From: Thermodesulfobacteriota bacterium
GTDB taxonomy: Bacteria > Desulfobacterota_D > UBA1144 > Nemesobacterales > N074bin48
DNA: 11,996 nt
Reading direction: 5' to 3'
NCBI GenBank assembly: GCA_041572575.1
Contig: JBFFSH010000079.1
Span: 1 to 11,996 of the forward strand
The notes under the pieces are model-generated. The model did no database searches. It had not been told where the DNA came from and saw only the letters and a program-made list of their open reading frames with translations. The position numbers were made by a program, and so were the translations under genes. The first letter of the stretch is position 1. Each line of letters opens with the position of its first letter. Positions 8,290 to 11,996 of this stretch are shown in pieces.

Positions 8290-8412
8290 GTAAACTTTAT
8301 AAGACCCGTTTTATTTGACCTCTTAACTACTAAAGAAATATACCCTAATCCTTACGGAGTGAAAGTAAAGTTAGCAATCTTGGGTCATGAATATCGGATA
8401 TAAATTCTCAAA

Positions 8413-9270
8413 TCAGGGCTCACACAAATCCTTGGGACTTGAATCACCAATCAAATTATCAGAACATCTGTTTCTGGTATATGTATTTAGTAATTTATTA
8501 TTTACTGGCGAATGGTCCATTATACCGTGCTGTTTGTTTTTCTCCGAAACATTGGCATAAACAAGATTACCCGTAGCCTTGAGTAGTAGAAAAATCCCAT
8601 TTTCACCGTTAGATGTTGTACGGTTTTTTACTATGTAATTCGATTCAATCTTTTTAGCAAATATTCTATTCTTGTTATTTTTAATATTCACTTTAGCCTT
8701 ATTGTTACCACTTCCAATTATTACAATACCGTTTTTGTTGTTCGATCTAACAGTGTTGTTATAAATATAGTTGCTCACACCCACTACTGAAATTCCGTTT
8801 GTAGAGTTATCGTTAGAAATATTACTCATAACTGCACCATCCACACTACTTATGCTCATTCCTGAACCCGAATTAAACCTCACTGTGTTAAATTCTATTA
8901 TATTGCTTACCCCGTTAACATCCATTATACCTGTTCTAAACTTCTCTATAGTACAGTTCCTTACTTTCACACTTCTTGCAGAGTTTATTCTAATACCGGA
9001 TATACTGGCCGAGCTTCCGCTTATCTTAAAGCTCTTACAGTCAAGAGTAATATTTTCAGCGTTTATTACAATACAGTCACCCGGCCCTTTATGAACAATA
9101 TCGTTTATAAGATTATATGTCTCACCTTTTGTATTTAGATCGCCACAGCCGTCAAGTTTTGTAACAGCATAAACACCGCTAATACCCGTACACATGGAAA
9201 TCAAAAAGACGGATAACGAATGCAACACTGCTGCAACAAACGTTTTGTTTAATATTAATCTCACCACCAC
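8413..9270 (-). CDS. Secreted right-handed parallel beta-helix protein (NosD/CASH/PbH1-like repeats)
   Basis: Signal peptide ending VYA; DCIVINAENITLDCK..ISG cap; ~22-residue Asn-rich repeats (NTVRFNSGSGMSI, NISNDNSTNGISV, NTVRSNNKNGIVI, NVSEKNKQHGI). Exact start among three tandem GTG codons is uncertain. Confidence 0.85.
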   Translation of the reverse strand: MVVRLILNKTFVAAVLHSLSVFLISMCTGISGVYAVTKLDGCGDLNTKGETYNLINDIVHKGPGDCIVINAENITLDCKSFKISGSSASISGIRINSARSVKVRNCTIEKFRTGIMDVNGVSNIIEFNTVRFNSGSGMSISSVDGAVMSNISNDNSTNGISVVGVSNYIYNNTVRSNNKNGIVIIGSGNNKAKVNIKNNKNRIFAKKIESNYIVKNRTTSNGENGIFLLLKATGNLVYANVSEKNKQHGIMDHSPVNNKLLNTYTRNRCSDNLIGDSSPKDLCEP

Positions 9271-9516
9271 TATATTATTTATATCTAATACCCAGGTAGT
9301 AGTTTAATCACATATTTTTTTAAAGTAAACTTAGATATAAAAACAGATATGAATACTCTTTAGTCCTCTATTCTTCTTTTGTTCCTACTCCTAATTATCA
9401 TCATTTAATGCATCTATTACATTTCATATACATTTACTATTGAGAACACCACTTTTATACTCTATCTTTATAGATCAATATATATAAGTTAATAATGCAG
9501 TTTTAGGGAGGGTCGA

Positions 9517-11580
9517 GTGATTAGAGCATACAGTAAGATTATATTGTGTTTACTTCTGTTTATGGGTTGTATTCTTGCTTCATCAGTATCAAAGGCGCTT
9601 GAAAATGGTAGTTTTAATATTAATAAATTTGGAAGCTATAATAAAACAGACTCAAAGATAAACCCTCTTATCACCAAAACCCTGAAGGCCCGGGACAGAT
9701 TTATAACACTGCAAAATGAAACCCTTAAAGCAAACCAGGTTTCAACTCCGTTTGTAAAAATAAATGATTCAGGCGCTGTACAGGTCTATTTATATTTAAC
9801 AGGGATAAACAATGAAGTTCTTTCACTTCTTAAAGACATCAATTTCGAGGTAGAAATAATAAACAAAGACTTAAACATGATACAGGGCTGGTTATCGGAA
9901 GATAGTCTAAACATACTATCCGAAAATGAACATGTGTTAAAGATATCCCCGCCGAGCTACGGGTTTACCAAACAGGGCACAGTAAAAACAGAGGGGGATG
10001 AAGTACTCAATTCTGACGACGTAAGGGATATGCTTGGTATAGATGGCGCTGGAGTTATAGTTGGGGTCATATCGGACGGTGTCGACTCTCTTATAGCTTC
10101 AAAGGTATCAGGAAATCTTCCAGATGTGGTAACAGTTTTAAAACCAGGAATAGGTGACGAAGGAACGGCAATGCTAGAGACCATACACGATATTGCCCCC
10201 GGGGCCGAGCTTTGTTTTTCCGATGGGTTTTCTTCGAGCATGGCATTTATGAAATCCGTAGATGATCTTATTAATATCTGTGACGTCGATATCATTGTAG
10301 ATGATGTCGGGTTTCTTTTAGAGCCCTATTTTCAGAACGGCACAGTTGCCCAGAAAGTAGATGAGGCTGTGTCAAACGGAGTAATATTCGTAACAGCTGC
10401 TGGAAATAATGCCGATGAGCACTATCAGCATCTATTCGTACAAGAAGTGGACGACGATGAGCTCAATCTGCATGACTTTGGGTTTGCATCCGGCGGTCCG
10501 AGCGAAATTTCAATCCCCATTTTAGTAGGAGGCACTGATTTTGCGCCAAACAATTTTATTGCTGCAGTACTACAGTGGTCTGATCCATTTGGCGGCTCAT
10601 CAAATGATTACGACCTTTTCCTCTTCGATGATGAAGGTGTACAGATTGACAGCAGCACCGCCATTCAAGACGGCTCTCAGGATCCCGTAGAAGTAGTACT
10701 TTTTACAAATAACTCACCTAATATAGTTATGGTTGATCTTGTGATAAACAGATTTAGCGGAGTGCCGAGGGTGCTTGAGCTTCAGTTTAACGGAGTTATC
10801 ACGCTCTTGGACTTTAATGTACCCACTGACAGTATCTTCGGTCATTCGGGAGCGCAAGGTGCAGTTTCTGTAGGAGCAGTACCGCATTTTGACCCTAATA
10901 CTATCGAAGATTTCAGCTCTCGGGGTCCGGTTTCAATACATTTTGGACCGTTAAATGAACTGAACAGTATTAACAGCTCATCAGGTTTTACTGAAATATC
11001 AAATAATACTCCTATAGAAACAAGGATGAAGCCCGATGTGGTGGCCCCAGACGGCACAAGTACATCTTTATCAGGCTTTTCTCCATTCTTTGGAACATCC
11101 GTATCTGCTCCTCATGTAGCAGGGGTACTGGCGCTTATGATAGATGCAAATCCTCAGCTTGAGCAAATTTCGGCAAATACCGAATTAAACTCTAAATTTA
11201 ACGAAAAAAACATTATCAATAATCCAAATGCATTTATAAACATTTTAAAAAATACAGCAGTTGATCTCGGAGCACCGGGGCCTGAAAATACATTTGGTTC
11301 AGGAAGAGTAGACGCTTTTGCAGCAGTACAGCAGGTGCTAAGTCAGTCACCAAGCCCAACACCCACGACAACCCCAATTCCCACTCCCACGCCTACTACA
11401 CAACCCTCACCCACACCTACGACCACGCCATCGGGTTCAGGAGACACTACCAGCAGCGGCTGCTCGGTTACAGATGCAAATGCTGAATCAGGAATATTCA
11501 ATAGCTTCTTAACTATTTTGGTGTTGCTGACAGCATTGGCTATTAATAAAAATTTAAGGAATAGAAGAAGAGATATTTAG
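9517..11580 (+). CDS. Secreted S8/S53-like subtilase with prodomain, Pro/Thr linker and C-terminal membrane anchor/sorting signal
   Basis: Signal peptide; GIDGAGVIVGVISDG, DEGTAMLETIHDIAPGA, DIIVDD, AAGNN, FSSRGP, KPDVVAPDG, FFGTSVSAPHVAG, FGSGRVDA. GGGAGGG RBS at 9506-9512, GTG start. Confidence 0.92.
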   Translation: MIRAYSKIILCLLLFMGCILASSVSKALENGSFNINKFGSYNKTDSKINPLITKTLKARDRFITLQNETLKANQVSTPFVKINDSGAVQVYLYLTGINNEVLSLLKDINFEVEIINKDLNMIQGWLSEDSLNILSENEHVLKISPPSYGFTKQGTVKTEGDEVLNSDDVRDMLGIDGAGVIVGVISDGVDSLIASKVSGNLPDVVTVLKPGIGDEGTAMLETIHDIAPGAELCFSDGFSSSMAFMKSVDDLINICDVDIIVDDVGFLLEPYFQNGTVAQKVDEAVSNGVIFVTAAGNNADEHYQHLFVQEVDDDELNLHDFGFASGGPSEISIPILVGGTDFAPNNFIAAVLQWSDPFGGSSNDYDLFLFDDEGVQIDSSTAIQDGSQDPVEVVLFTNNSPNIVMVDLVINRFSGVPRVLELQFNGVITLLDFNVPTDSIFGHSGAQGAVSVGAVPHFDPNTIEDFSSRGPVSIHFGPLNELNSINSSSGFTEISNNTPIETRMKPDVVAPDGTSTSLSGFSPFFGTSVSAPHVAGVLALMIDANPQLEQISANTELNSKFNEKNIINNPNAFINILKNTAVDLGAPGPENTFGSGRVDAFAAVQQVLSQSPSPTPTTTPIPTPTPTTQPSPTPTTTPSGSGDTTSSGCSVTDANAESGIFNSFLTILVLLTALAINKNLRNRRRDI
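11347..11433 (+). repeat. Low-complexity Pro/Thr/Ser linker within the subtilase
   Basis: Encodes SPSPTPTTTPIPTPTPTTQPSPTPTTTPS, with PSPTPTTTP occurring twice using different codons. Confidence 0.85.
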
Positions 11581-11996
11581 TGTTTGTGAATCTTTATAAG
11601 ATCAAACGCTGCCCTTCTGTTATCAATATCGCATTCTGATATTTTAACAGTAACATTCTGACCGATTGAAAATCTGGATTCGTCAAAGCCCCTTATTTTC
11701 TTTCTGGGAACAAACCCCTCGGCATATATATCAATCAGCTCCACGAACAGGCCAAATGACTGAATGCTTATTATTATCCCCTTCATTGTTCGGCCCATAT
11801 AACGCTGCAGCACAAAAGCCCTTTCGAGTTTCATGGACTCACGTTCAATTTCATCTGATACTGTCTCCTTTTCACTGCAGTGGCTCGAGATTGTACTGAG
11901 CATTTTCTGATCATAAATGGGCTCTTTTTTATCAATGAGACTGTCGAGCAGCCTGTGTATTATAAGATCAGGATAACGCCTTATGGGAGAGGTGAA
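11577..11996 (-). CDS. rnr: Ribonuclease R / RNB-family exoribonuclease, C-terminal part (5' end outside window)
   Basis: Frame is open to the window edge: FTSPIRRYPDLIIHRLL (RNase II/R signature) followed by an S1 domain (GIIISIQSFGLFVEL...EGFV...FSIGQNVTVKI). The 108-aa ORF-track call is an internal fragment. Confidence 0.9.
   Translation of the reverse strand, partial: FTSPIRRYPDLIIHRLLDSLIDKKEPIYDQKMLSTISSHCSEKETVSDEIERESMKLERAFVLQRYMGRTMKGIIISIQSFGLFVELIDIYAEGFVPRKKIRGFDESRFSIGQNVTVKISECDIDNRRAAFDLIKIHKH

Noticed and set aside
8206..8403. 65-aa ORF starting at 8206
   Set aside because: Its first third is the tRNA-Ser sequence; only the distal fragment is noted as a low-interest finding.
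8771..9094. 107-aa plus-strand ORF
   Set aside because: Antisense of the Asn/Ile-rich beta-helix repeats.
9957..11057. Minus-strand ORFs 9957-10295 and 10842-11057
   Set aside because: Antisense shadows of the subtilase.
11379..11393. TCCCACTCCC match to the tRNA-Ser 3' end as a possible attR
   Set aside because: Only 10 nt identical, lies in frame within the Pro/Thr linker codons, and there is no integrase.
11666..11899. 77-aa plus-strand ORF
   Set aside because: Antisense to rnr.

Overview
AT-rich bacterial chromosomal window with no integrase, transposase or CRISPR array. In order: the 5' part of a type IVa-like pilin gene (minus strand, absent from the ORF track) with a near-consensus sigma54 promoter; a ~1.08 kb very AT-rich intergenic region rich in palindromes; a lipoprotein / secreted TPR protein / small hypothetical operon; an HTH-less biotin ligase (birA); a SnoaL/NTF2-like protein; a secreted tricorn-type S41 protease; tRNA-Ser(CGA); a secreted parallel beta-helix protein; a subtilase with non-canonical catalytic residues, a Pro/Thr linker and a Gly-Cys/TM/basic C-terminal sorting-like signal; and the 3' end of an RNase R/RNB-family gene. 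The sigma54 pilin and Cys-type C-terminal signal suggest a Deltaproteobacteria-like (Desulfobacterota/Dadabacteria-like) host, which is inference only. I do not see a clear-cut new system. The best leads are the atypical surface-anchored subtilase, the unusual pilin and its large regulatory region.
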